NCBI RefSeq assembly: GCF_041146345.1
Contig: NW_027191417.1
Location: 1,612,001-1,676,000 of the forward strand
Length of the DNA: 64,000 nt
DNA from: Neodothiora populina
Taxonomy: Eukaryota
Direction of reading: 5' to 3'
In this document: one piece after another, positions 23,326 through 35,635 of the stretch
Layout of the letters: every line of letters begins with the position of its first letter
How positions within the stretch are numbered: the first letter of the stretch is position 1
Notes under the pieces: model-generated
What the model saw: only the letters and a program-made list of their open reading frames with translations
What the model was told of the DNA's origin: nothing
The model's database searches: none
Position numbers and translations under genes: made by a program

Positions 23326-24610
23326 TATGAGCGTCGCGCAAGAAGGTATGGTACCAAATTCACGATAAGTCAATCGTTGTAGCAGAGACAATGAGAAGAG
23401 AAACAGGTTCACCAGTGACAGGCACGCGAGAAGTTATGGCGAGTAAGTCAAGGTAGGGTGAGATGAGGTAAGGTATGGTAAGGTATAGAGTGGCTGGCGG
23501 GGTATACGAAAGTAGGACGAGGTTAATGCGATGGGAAGAATTGCTTCAGTTTACATAAGGTCCACCTAGACAGCTACTACTACTAGCTTCAGTGTCCAGT
23601 ACTAGAAAAGCACCTGCTGCTGCACTTATTTCCTCTCTTGCAACTCCAAAACTCACCCCCAAGCGAGTGCCCGGATGCTGAGGGGTCAAGGTGTTTTGCT
23701 TTCGTCACTTTGATGCGCCCGTGCTCAAGCTCGTTGGACGCGATATCCATGACGTCAGAACCGCGTGTGCGTGGAGACGATTTCCGGCTTGACAGCACGC
23801 AGAGTGAGCCTCGTCTTGGAATCTTGCAGATGGCAGGCTTGATGCGCCAGCATGACCTCAAGTCATGAAGTACTTGAGGTCAAGAGGCGTACTTTGCTCG
23901 CTTCTACGCATAACTTTGTGAAGTATCTTGCCCGGGCGTGCCCTAGCGGACGATTGCAGCTCACACCATTGATCGGTGTGGACTGTAAAGCTCACGGCCA
24001 CGCTGTGTGCGGCACACTGGACACTAGGGTACAAAGTGGGAAAGCGCAATTGAGTTGGTGGGGGGCTCGAATCAGGTCAGGCGGCGTTTCAAGAAAGGAA
24101 ACAACGATGAGTTAATTGTCCAACCTGTTTCTGGATATTGGTATAAGTCGTGTTGTTTTTGCTGGACTTGTATTCCGTCTACACGTAGTCACACGATTCC
24201 ACTCAAGAAGATTGATCATATATCATTCCACGGCCAAACCCAAGATCTTTTGTTTGTGCAACCGCACAAGTCAACGCTCCGTCGTATTCGAGTCAGTACA
24301 TGCCTGTGTACTTGTACTTGTAAGGTAAGGTACCTTAGCCTGCCTCAAGGTGAAGTGACCTCATATTCGGGCACCTGCCCTCCTCGGGTCGTTACAGGCT
24401 GCAGCTGCATTCTACGATACAAACACAGTCTGTATTTCCAGCACCCAGGAAGAAATAGACGAACTCCATTTTCTAGTCCGGACAGATCTCAAAGCCATCG
24501 TCGACAGTATCGGCTGACAACCTGGATTAGCGATCTGGCTTCCGTTACAATATACTGACCAATCCACACTCGTTGCACCCCGGCCAGGGTGACGGCCATC
24601 GTGCGACAAG

Positions 24611-27600
24611 ATGTTGGAAGGACTCGTGGCGAACCTGCTCAACAGGTTCCTGGGCATGTACGTCCGGAACTTTGATCCGAAGCAGCTCAACGTCGGTATC
24701 TGGTCTGGCGATGTCAAACTCAAGAACCTCGAGCTGAGGAGAGAAGCGCTGGATCAGCTACATCTGCCTCTGAATGTCATCGAAGGCCATCTCGGCCAGC
24801 TGACCCTGTCCATCCCGTGGTCCAACCTCAGAGGCAAACCCGTGCATGTGAGGATAGAAGATGTCTACGTCCTCGCCGCGCCCAAAGAGGACCAAGAATA
24901 CAATGCTGAAGAGGAGGACAAACGCGCCCATGCTCTCAAGATGGAGAAGCTGGACAGCGTCGAGTTGTTGAAGGAGCGCAATACCGAAGGCATGAGCGCC
25001 GAAGAGCAACAGAAAAACCAGACCTTCACGGCCAGTCTTGTCACCGCCATCGTCGACAATCTCCAGATCTCCGTCAAGAACGTACATATCCGTTACGAAG
25101 ACTCCATTTCTGCCCCCGGCCATCCTTTCGCTGCTGGTTTGACTCTCTCAGAGCTCAGCGCTGTCAGCACCGACGAGAACTGGAAGCCCACCTTCATCCA
25201 GACCGCATCTGCCACCACTCACAAGCTTGCGACACTCGGCGCTCTCGCCGTTTACTGGGATACTGACACCACCCTGCTCGGCTCGGGCAAGGGCTCGCAG
25301 ACATCGGAAGAGCAAGGCATCGATCATGACGACATCCTCCAGAAGTTCAAGGACATGATAGCCAAGAAGGATGATACGGACTTGAGCAGCCATCAGTACA
25401 TCCTGAAGCCCGTCACTGGTCGCGCAGGACTGGAAATGGACAAGACGGGCAAGACAGACAGGCCAAAAGTCAAGGCCAGGTTGTTGTTTAACGAACTCGG
25501 CTTTGTCCTCGACGATCACCAGTATCGCGATGCCCTGATGCTGGTCGACTTGTTCCATTACTTCATCAGACATCAAGAATACCGAAGGCTGCAACCGGTC
25601 AAGTCGCCAAAGGAAGACCCAAAAGCTTGGTTGCATTTCGCTGGTAAGGCAGTTCTCGACAAGATCCATGATCGCAATCGCCGCTGGAGCTGGGACTACT
25701 TCAAGGAACGTCGCGATGACCGCAACCAGTACATTGCTCTCTTCAAAAAGAAGAAAAAGGAGGAAAAGTTCACCCCCGAAGAGTCCCAGGACATGGATGC
25801 CCTCGAACGGAAATTGACCTACGAAGACCTTCGCTTTTGGCGTTCCCTTGCTCGCTCACAACTGCGCAAGGAGAATGTTGGTGTCAAGCCTGCCGCCAAA
25901 CAGTCTTGGACGTCGTGGGTGTGGGGTGGCAAGGGTCAACAGGAGCAACACGACGATGAGACTCAGATGACCGAGGAACAACGCAAGGAGCTCTACGATG
26001 CTATTGATTTCGATGAAAAGAAAACCATCACCGACGCTGTAGATATGCCCAAGGAGGCCGTCAAGCTGCAGGTCGACATGAGTCTGCGCGAAGGAAGCTT
26101 CACCTTGAAGCGTGACCCTCATGGCAGGGCCAACGAGATGCTTCAGCTGATTTTCCAGGGATTCGATACCAAGTTCCTCCAGAGGACAGACTCCATGTTT
26201 GCCGAGCTCAGTCTCGAGACAATGAAATTGATCGATGGTACAACTGAGGGCAATCTTTTCACTCAGATGCTACACATCAAGCAGGAATCCCCTGTGCCAG
26301 ACGACGAGAGGTTCCACGAGCTTCCGGAAGACGGGTCTTCTGGTGACCCCAACAGCGCAAAGCAGCTCAAGGAGGACCAAGACGACGACGAGGATGATGA
26401 TAGTGAGGATGCTCCTGATCCGTTCTTCGCTCTTGCCTTCGAAAAGAATCCCCTGGACGGCCACGCGGACAGCGCGCTTACTGTCAAGCTAAAGGGTATG
26501 GAATTCGTCCACAACCCTAGGTTTGTGTCGGAAGTTGCCAAATTCTTCAAGCCTCCAGAGCGCCATATGGAGTCAATCGGTGCTCTAATGGAGACGGCTG
26601 GCGCGACTGTCGAAGGCATCCGTCAACAAACACGAGCAGGACTCGAGTACGCACTGCAAGAGCACAAGACTGTTGATGTCAAGCTAGATCTACAGGCCCC
26701 TCTTATCATCGTTCCGGACTCCGTCACCAAGTCTGCTTCGATATGCATGATTCTTGACGCGGGTCACATCAGTGTGCGTAGTGATCTGATTGACAAGGAT
26801 ACTTTGAACGAGATTCAATCAAAGCAGGCGCAACAATACAGCGAGGAGGACTACAAACGTCTCGAACAGCTCATGTACGACAAGTTCCGAGTCAAGCTGC
26901 ACTCGACGCAAGTCCTTTTGGGCTCTTCCATCGAGGAGACCAAGAAGCAACTTGATGTGGATCATAGTGACAGGAGCTTACACATAATTGATCGCATCAA
27001 CATGGACTTCACGGTGGAGACATGCATCGTGCCCAAAGCCGTAGACCTGACCAAATTCCGCATCAACGGACACCTTCCTGTGCTACACGCTTCCGTATCC
27101 GATTCCAAGTACAAACGGCTCATGAAGCTTCTCGACGTCGCTATCCCCAAATTCGACAGCGACGAAGAGTCAAGGACTACTCCGCAACAGCAAACTAACA
27201 GACCCCGATCCAAGAGCGTGATCGATAAGGAAGTAAGCGGGAGACCGCGATCGAAGTCCTTCCAATTTTCGGCTCAACAGCACGAACTTGTCATGGAGGA
27301 AGAAGGCGAGCATGAGACTGCAACCAAGAGCGACATTTTCAAGGACGCACAGCAAGGCAGCCAGCCCAACATCCATCAAAGAAATTTCGAGTTCAAATTT
27401 ACTGTAGACAAGTTGCAGGGCTCTCTCTACAGATCCGACCCTGAGGGCAAGATGCCTGATCAGCTCCTTGTGGATCTCATCGCGGAACACTTTGACCTGG
27501 AGTTTTATCAGAGACAATTCGACATGGTAGCTGATGTGCGTTTGCGCACTTTGGCTGTCGAGGATCACGTTGAAGAGAACCCGACCCCAGAGTTCAGGAA

Positions 27601-30600
27601 TCTGATCTCGTCCGAAGATTTGTCCACTGATAACAAAGAGGATCTCTTTTCACTCAAATTTGTCAAGGTCAATAAAGACTCGCCAGAGTTCATGTCCAAG
27701 TATGAGGGTATTGCCACCAACATTGATGCTACGATGTCCACTATCAACTTGCTGGTCACCAGAAAGACTCTGCTCACCTTGCTCGATTTTGTCATGATTA
27801 CTTTCACCAATCCGGATGCTCCTCAGACACAGCAGGTGGAGGACGTACCCGACGAAGTTGAGGAGCCTGCTCCAGCCCAAGATAGTGATAAGATCCGCGT
27901 CAAGGCTCAGCTCAAGCGTATCGCAATCATCCTCAACAACGACGGCATTCGCCTAGCCACGCTGACACTCAACTCGGCCGAGGTCGGTGTGTTTCTGATG
28001 GGCAAATCCATGAGGGTCGGTGCAAGGCTTGGAAACCTCTCCTTGATCGACGATGTGAATCAAGGCGTATCTGAAGAGTCATCGTTACGACAACTTGTCT
28101 CGATCCAGGGAGACGAGCTTGCTGATTTCCGCTACGAAACTTTCGATGCTGAGTCTGAAGCCTACCCTGGCTACGATTCGTCTGTGTATCTCAAGTCAGG
28201 TTCCATCAAGGTCAACTTCGTGACTGAACCTTTCCGCAAGATCATGGAGTTTGGAATCAAGTTTGGCAAAATGCAGGCCATCTTCAATGCTGCGCGCCAG
28301 GCCGCGGCTCAGAATGCTGAGAATATACAGCAGCGAGCCAGTAAAATGCATTTTGACATTAGGATTAACACTCCAATCGTGGCCTTCCCTCGAATGGTTG
28401 TCACCGATACCCCAGGACACGATGTGATGACAGCATACCTTGGAGAGCTCTATGCCAAGAACGAATTTCTACCTCTGGACGATTCTGAGCATTCACCAGT
28501 CGCCAATAAGTTGTCTGCTGGCGTAAACAACATCAGGCTGACCTCGAAATTCAGCTATGGTGATGACGGGGAAGAGGAGCTCGAATTGATCGACAAGGTA
28601 GATCTTGACTTCAAGATCACAAGCGCTGAACACGTGGCCGGAAGCAAAAGACCAGACACTGAGATTGAAGGATCGATGTCGAATATCAACCTGAGAGTGA
28701 CGGAAGCGCAGCTTAAGTTCATGCTTGAGCTGTCCCGATCGGTTCCTGCAGCCTTCGCTACCGACACTGACGATGATGTCGTGGAAGAGCTCCAAGAAGA
28801 GCTTCCTAGCACCACGGTTCAGAATGCACGAGCACTCACAGATGGAGCTGCGGAAGATAACGACAAGAGTCCAGAAGAAGCGCAATCTCCCGCAAACCTC
28901 GGACCCGAGATTGGCTCGCCAGAAGATGCATGGACAAAGCTAGATCTTGTCTTCAAAGTCGGCGCGGTTGGACTCGAGCTCGTTTCTGGGAAGTCCGACA
29001 AGCCGGTTGGCGATGTCGCGGCCGCAAGTCTGTCCAAGTTCTCGCTTAACGAAACCAGTGTTAAGCTACGCATGGTCAGCGATGGATCAATGGAGTCGGA
29101 ACTACTCGTTCAGTCGTTCACCATCACCGATACCAGGACTCGTGACAAGAACAAGTTCCGCAAGATCATGTCACTGATCAATACTGATGTGAAGCAGCAA
29201 TTCATGGCTAGCGTGTCTATATCGGGCGGCAAAGAGCGAAACCTGATTGCACTCCTGACAATAGACAGCCCGAGGGTGATCATTTCCCTCGACTACTTGT
29301 TTGCCATTCAAGGCTTCATCACCGCAGGACTTGCAGTTGACGAGCCTCTCGAGGTCGGAGATGAGGAAGAAGCGTCAATCATGGGCGATGAAAGCGAGAT
29401 TGCGAGCCTCTCGACTCAATCGCCCAACGACCTTAACGTCCCTGCGGAGGCCGATACTACTGGTCAGCAGCAGAGCCCGATGAATATATCCTACCGCGTC
29501 AACGTTGTTGATGCGCAGTTCATTCTCATTGCCAACCCATCGATAACGACGTCGGAGGCAATAGTGCTAGGGACAAAACAGGTTCTTGTGTCTCAGCAGC
29601 ATGTGACTACGCTACAGGTTGACAAGCTTGGCATGTTCCTCTGCCGAATGGATCAATTCGAAAAGAACAAACTCAGGATTCTTGACGACTTCAGTATCCA
29701 GACTTCGATCGACATGCGTACCCAGGACAAGCAATCTTCTCTGATGAGCATCAACGTTGACATCGAACCTCTTGTCCTTCGTCTTGCATTGCGTGATATT
29801 CTGTTGGTACAGCAGATTGTCAACCGAGCCTCAGCGCTTTCCGGCGGTGACGATGACAATCAATTAGCCAAAGAGGGTCCTTCAAAGATAGATCAGGTGA
29901 AGGCACCTTCGACGAAGCCTAAGTCTGCTAAGCCCGCATCTTCCAAACCTCTAGCGAAGACGATTGCCACGAACAAATCATCGGCCACGAAGGCGATCCG
30001 GGATGCACCCGAGCCACAAGACTCTGCAGTGCTCAAGAGAGAGGAGATGACTGTTTCTATGGAAGGTGTTCGAGTCGTTCTTATTGGTGACCTACACGAG
30101 CTGCCCATACTTGACTGGAGCGTGAAGAAATTTGCTGTTGAAGTTCGCGATTGGAGTGGTTCGATGACTGCAGACACGGCAATGGACACTTTTATCAACG
30201 TTTACAACTTCTCCAAGTCCACCTGGGAGCCTATCATCGAGCCATGGTCTCTGGGCTTCCACATGGCGAAGAATCTCCATCCTGATAAGCTGGCCGTGGA
30301 GCTCTACTCAAGAAAGTCCATGGAGGTAACAGTCACATCTGCGACAATAGATCTGGCAACCAAAGCCCTTACCTATCTAAACACAGAAGAGGACATCTTA
30401 TCAAAACCTCGTGGCGCTGACGCTCCATATCGCATTCGGAACTATACTGGTTTCGAGGTAAACGTGTGGGCTCAAACCGATGGTGATGAAGATGGTGCAG
30501 CTGCTAAGATGGACGACGGCGAAGAGATAGCGTGGCGCTTCGAAGACCCTACAACTACCAGAGAGACACTATCTCCCGAAGGCGCCACTGGTGTCGTAGG

Positions 30601-33600
30601 TGTGAGACTGGAGGGCAGCGGATTCGACAGCATTGACAAGATCCCCGTCCAACGTGAGGGCGAGACACTCTTCAATCTCAAGCCTCGCAAAGAGAAGGTG
30701 CAACATCGTCTGCTCGTCGAAGTCAAACTCGGCGCGGACAACGTCAAGTACATTACTTTACGTTCCCCACTACACGTCGAAAATCACACCCAGATTCCCA
30801 TAGAGCTCGGCATATACAGCCCTGAAGAAGGTCACTTGCTAAAGATTGAAAAGATTGCTCCAGGAGAGGGTCGTCCGGCTCCTGTCGGTGCCGCCTTTAT
30901 GCACTCGCTTGTCGTACGCCCCGGCGAGGGCTTCGGCTATACTTGGTCGAACGAGCGCTTGTTCTGGAAGGACCTTCTCAAGCGGCCCGTCCGTACAATC
31001 ACTTGCCAAGGTGAAGAGAGCGATCAAGGTCCTCCGTTCTATTTCCAGATGCAGGCTGTCTTCGATAAGACTGACCCATTGACCGCGTAAGTTTCTTTTG
31101 TTTCGCTGTATTGCATGCTGAAGTAAGCTAACTCTGAGCCAGTGTGTACCCATACATGCGTATCCGTCTCTCCGCTCCAGTCGAGATACAGAATCTGCTA
31201 CCTTTCGACTTCAAGTACCGCATCTATGACAAGAACACGAAGAAGGATTGGACAAACTTCCTTCGCAAGGGTGGAGTGAGCCCAGTCCATGTGGTAGAGC
31301 TATCACATTTGCTTCTACTCAGTATCGACATGCAAGACACACCCTTCAAACAGAGCGACTTTGGAATCATCAATTCTTCTGAGAGAGACGACTTCCGCCG
31401 GGAAAGGACATTGGTTGTAAAAGACAACAACGGTCTTTCCCTGAGACTCAAGCTTCACTACTTCAACATTCCAAACAGTGGCGGTGCCTTCAAGCTCACT
31501 GTCTACAGTCCATATGTTGTTCTTAACAGGACTGGACTAGAACTGGACGTCCGGAGCAAGGCCTTCCTTGGTGCCACGAAATCGGCTGCTGGTCAGCAAG
31601 CCACATTCGTTAATACTGACGATGGTGGCCGAAACGATGAGCCTCGCAAGCCGGTTCCGTTCATGTTCTCCTTCCCGACGGACGACAAGAAGAATCGTGC
31701 TATGATCAAAGTAGGCAGCTCCGCCTGGAGCAAACCTGTCAGCTTCGACGCCATTGGATCGACAACCGCCATAGGCCTTCCGGCAGAGTCTGGACGAGCA
31801 GAGATGCACTGCGGACTTACAGTTGAAGAAGGTGAGGGCAAGTACAAGCTCACCAAGGTTGTTACAATAGCACCTCGATTCGTAGTGAACAACAGGTTAG
31901 GTCAAGACATCAACATACGCGAGCCAGGATCATCTGATATGACCACGTTGAAGACTGGTGAGCTGCACCCTCTCAGGTTCTTGAAGCAAACCACCGGACA
32001 GCAACTATGCCTCTGCTGGCCTGGCGTAAACAACAACTGGTCTTCTCCGTTCAACATTGGCAACGTCGGTAGCGTTCACGTCAAGCTTTCCAAGGCTGGG
32101 GAGCGTCAGAAGCTCATCAGGATCGAGGTCCTCATGGAGGATGCCACGATCTTCCTGCACATTAGTAACGAGACAAAACACTGGCCTTTCTCCATGCGCA
32201 ACGAGAGCGACGTGGAATATGTCTTTTGGCAAGCCAACCCCAATGTGGACGAAGATGAGGAGGATCGAAACTCAGGCTGGAAGCCGATCCGTTACCGCCT
32301 GCCGCCCCGAAGTATCATGCCATACGCGTGGGACTATCCAGCTACGAGGAATAAGAACCTCGTGATATCTGCCAGAGGCAAAGAAAGATATGTGAAGCTA
32401 GCTGAAATCGGTAATCTCATCCCCATGAAGCTGCCGCCCACTGGTGAACAGCAGAGACAAAAGGTTATTGACCTCAACGTTGTTGCCGATGGGCCCACAC
32501 AGACTCTTGTCATGTCGAACTACAAGCCTTCGAAGAGTCTGTACAAACAGCGGGCTGGCTCGGCAAACGCGTCCACTGCTACTGGCTTCGAAGTCAAGGA
32601 TCTCGACGACCATGTCACACTTAGTGCGCAGATCCGATTCTCGGGCATTGGCATCTCACTCATCAACAGACAGCTCCGAGAGCTCATTTACATCACCTTC
32701 CGCGACATTGATCTTTCCTACAAGGACTCACCGCTGTATCAGACTGTATCGTCCACGATCAAGTGGATACAGATTGACAACCAATTGTATGGCGGCATCT
32801 TTCCTTTGCTCTTCTATCCCAGTGTGGTGCCGAAGACTGGTAAAGAGATGGAAGCGCATCCTATTTTCAAGGCAGCCATTACTCGCGTGAAGGACGATTC
32901 TTATGGTGTGACCTACATCAAGTACTTTACTTTCCTTATGCAACAAATGACAATCGAGATAGACGAGGATTTCATCTTCGCAATGTTGGACTTTACCAAG
33001 ATTCCTGGATTGCAAGCTGAGGAGAAGGAAGGTACATTGGCGGATGACTCGCTGGACATTCCAGAACCAAAGCAAGAGCAGTCGGGACAAGACATCTACT
33101 TTGAGCTACTGCATCTCCAGCCAATGCAGTTCGATCTTTCATTCGTTCGAACTGAGCGTATCAACGCCGAGGACACTGGAAGCTCATCATCAAACCCTCT
33201 GATGTTTGCTGTCAACGTCTTGACCATGTCCATCGGTAACGTGAACGATGCACCTATCCGTTACAATGCTCTCTTGTTGGAGAACGCGCGTGTCTCTGTG
33301 GACACATTGATTGCCAACATCAAGAATCACTACGTTCAGGAGTCTTTGAGCCAAGTTCACATTGTGCTTGGTTCAGCGGACTTCTTGGGCAACCCAGTCG
33401 GCCTCTTCAACAACATCAGTTCGGGTGTTGCGGACATTTTCTATGAGCCATACAATGGTCTGGTCATGACCGACCGACCTCAAGATCTTGGTCTTGGCAT
33501 CGCCAAGGGTGCTAGCAGCTTCGTCAAGAAGAGTGTCTTTGGTTTCTCTGACAGCATGGCTAAATTCACGGGAAGTATCAGTAAGGGACTTGCAGCGGCT

Positions 33601-34383
33601 TCGATGGACAAGGAGTTCCAGGATCAGCGCCGCATGTCGCGCTCTCGCAACAGGCCCAAGCATGCATTGTACGGTATCACGTCTGGTGGCAATGCCTTTG
33701 CGAACAGTTTAGCAAGTGGCATTGGCGGTTTGGCCCGGCACCCGTTGGAGGGTGCTGAGAGGGAAGGACTCGGTGGATTTGCCAAGGGTGTCGGCAAAGG
33801 CCTTCTCGGTCTGGCAACCAAACCTGCATTAGGAGCCTTCGACCTCGCATCTAACGTTGCCGAGGGGGTGAGAAACACGACAACAGTCTTCGATCAAGAG
33901 GGTCTGGATCGTGTCAGATTGACTCGCTACATTGGCCGTGACGGAATTGTTCGCCCTTACAGTCAGCGCGAGTCGCTCGGTCAGTTCTGGCTGAAGACGC
34001 TCGACAATGGCAAGTACTTCAACGAGGACTACATTGCTCATCTGGAACTACAGTCGGGCGCCGCAAGTGGTGCAGCCTCTCAGCAGCAGACCGGCCGTGG
34101 CAGTGGAAGAGGTGATACGCAAGCCGGAACACCGCGGATGGTGATGCTGACCTACAATGGCATCATGCTCGTGCAAACGAAGAAATTGACAACGGAATGG
34201 GAGGTGTTGCTCAAGGATATTCAGACGATCAGCAAAGAGCGCACGGGGATGAGCATTGTGTGCAAAGGAGGCAACAATGGGCCGTTCATTCCGGTTGCGG
34301 ATGAGCAGAGCAGGAACTGGCTTTATAAGCAAGTCGCCATTGCAGTCAACGCTTACAACGAGAGGTGGAACGCCAAGAGTTGA
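24611..34383 (+). CDS. VPS13: Vacuolar protein sorting 13, bridge-like lipid transfer protein; exons 24611-31086, 31143-34383; about 3238 aa
   Basis: Chorein-N start MLEGLVANLLNRFLGMYVRNFDPKQLNVGIWSGDV. C-terminal WIQIDNQL, LGSADFLGNPVGLF, ATG2_C-like glycine-rich helices and a PH-like end. Single GTAAGT..GCTAAC..CAG intron at 31087-31142. Confidence 0.98.
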
Positions 34384-35635
34384 GAGATTGAATGAGGCTC
34401 TTTCTGGTATCAGAGTTTTTGGGACACGACAAGACCAGACCATATCAGCCAGGGACAAGAACCATGATCTGATGATTGCATGCGTTAAGAGACTGGCGAC
34501 AACACCATGAGTTTCTGATGGCTTTTCCTTGAGGCATAGCGACTGGCAATTGAGGTGTATTTTCTGTTTGTTGTTCTGTTGTTCTGTAGTATTCTCTTAG
34601 ATAAAGTTTCAACTTGTTTTACTGTCGTATAGCTTTTTCGGATCTTCAGTGCTTGCGTTGACCGTACCGTAAACGAGCATACTCGGTGCAGTGCAATTTG
34701 TTATATGATCACTATATGAAGGGTGTCGGTTACGGCTCCACAGTCGAGCAAGCCGCAGCGGCCCAGAGCATGCCTAAGCCTAAGATACAGTATGGCGAGG
34801 TACAGTGCAGAGTAGATCCGAATCTGAATGCCGGATAGCTTCCCACGTCATAGCCAAGGCACGTCAGCTCTCGCCATTCCAGTGTGTCCAAGATCTGTGT
34901 AGGAAACCACCTGCCCTGCACTACACAAATCCTTCCATCGCCGAATGGATCCCTGCAAACACCACCCCTGCAAGATGAGCCGATCTCCCGACGCACAATT
35001 GCGTAGTAGTGCAGGGAAACGGGTTTGCAGCTAGGTACCTAGGTAGCTAGCTGTGCAGCGACTGTTCTGGCTCTCTCTCCGCACCAGAGGCGGGCAAGCC
35101 ACAGCTGTGTGTCTCTCTCTCTCTCTATCGCATTGCGTGCGAGTGTAGCATCGGATCGTATAGGAAAGGACGGATGGATGTAATTGTCGCACATCGAGTG
35201 GTTTGTCAGCTAATCTATCGAGAGAGCACACTATAGTGTCCGTCCGTCACGCACACTCCCGTAGGGTTGGAGGCGACAGAAGAGTGTTCTCCGTACGGGT
35301 AGTGTGTTGTTGTGGACTCCAGGGTTGGAACTAGCTCTGCTGTACAGTACGTACGGGTGTACTGTGCTGTAGCTCGCGCCTTAGCTTGCCCAAGTGGTGG
35401 TGGTGGTCATGGTCGGTTCCATCATTGTCGTCTGTGACCCTGTTTTTATTCTAATGTCCTGCCTGCATACCTGCCTCGCATCTCTTTCTTGTCTCTTTCC
35501 TTCCCAAAACTCCTTTTCTTATTTCAGTCTTCGTCGGTGTGACAGCTATTCACCAAGTCCAACGCCACCCAAACCATTTCCCGAGTCATCTCTTCACATT
35601 TTATTTACAGGAGCATCCATATACGAAGAAACACC

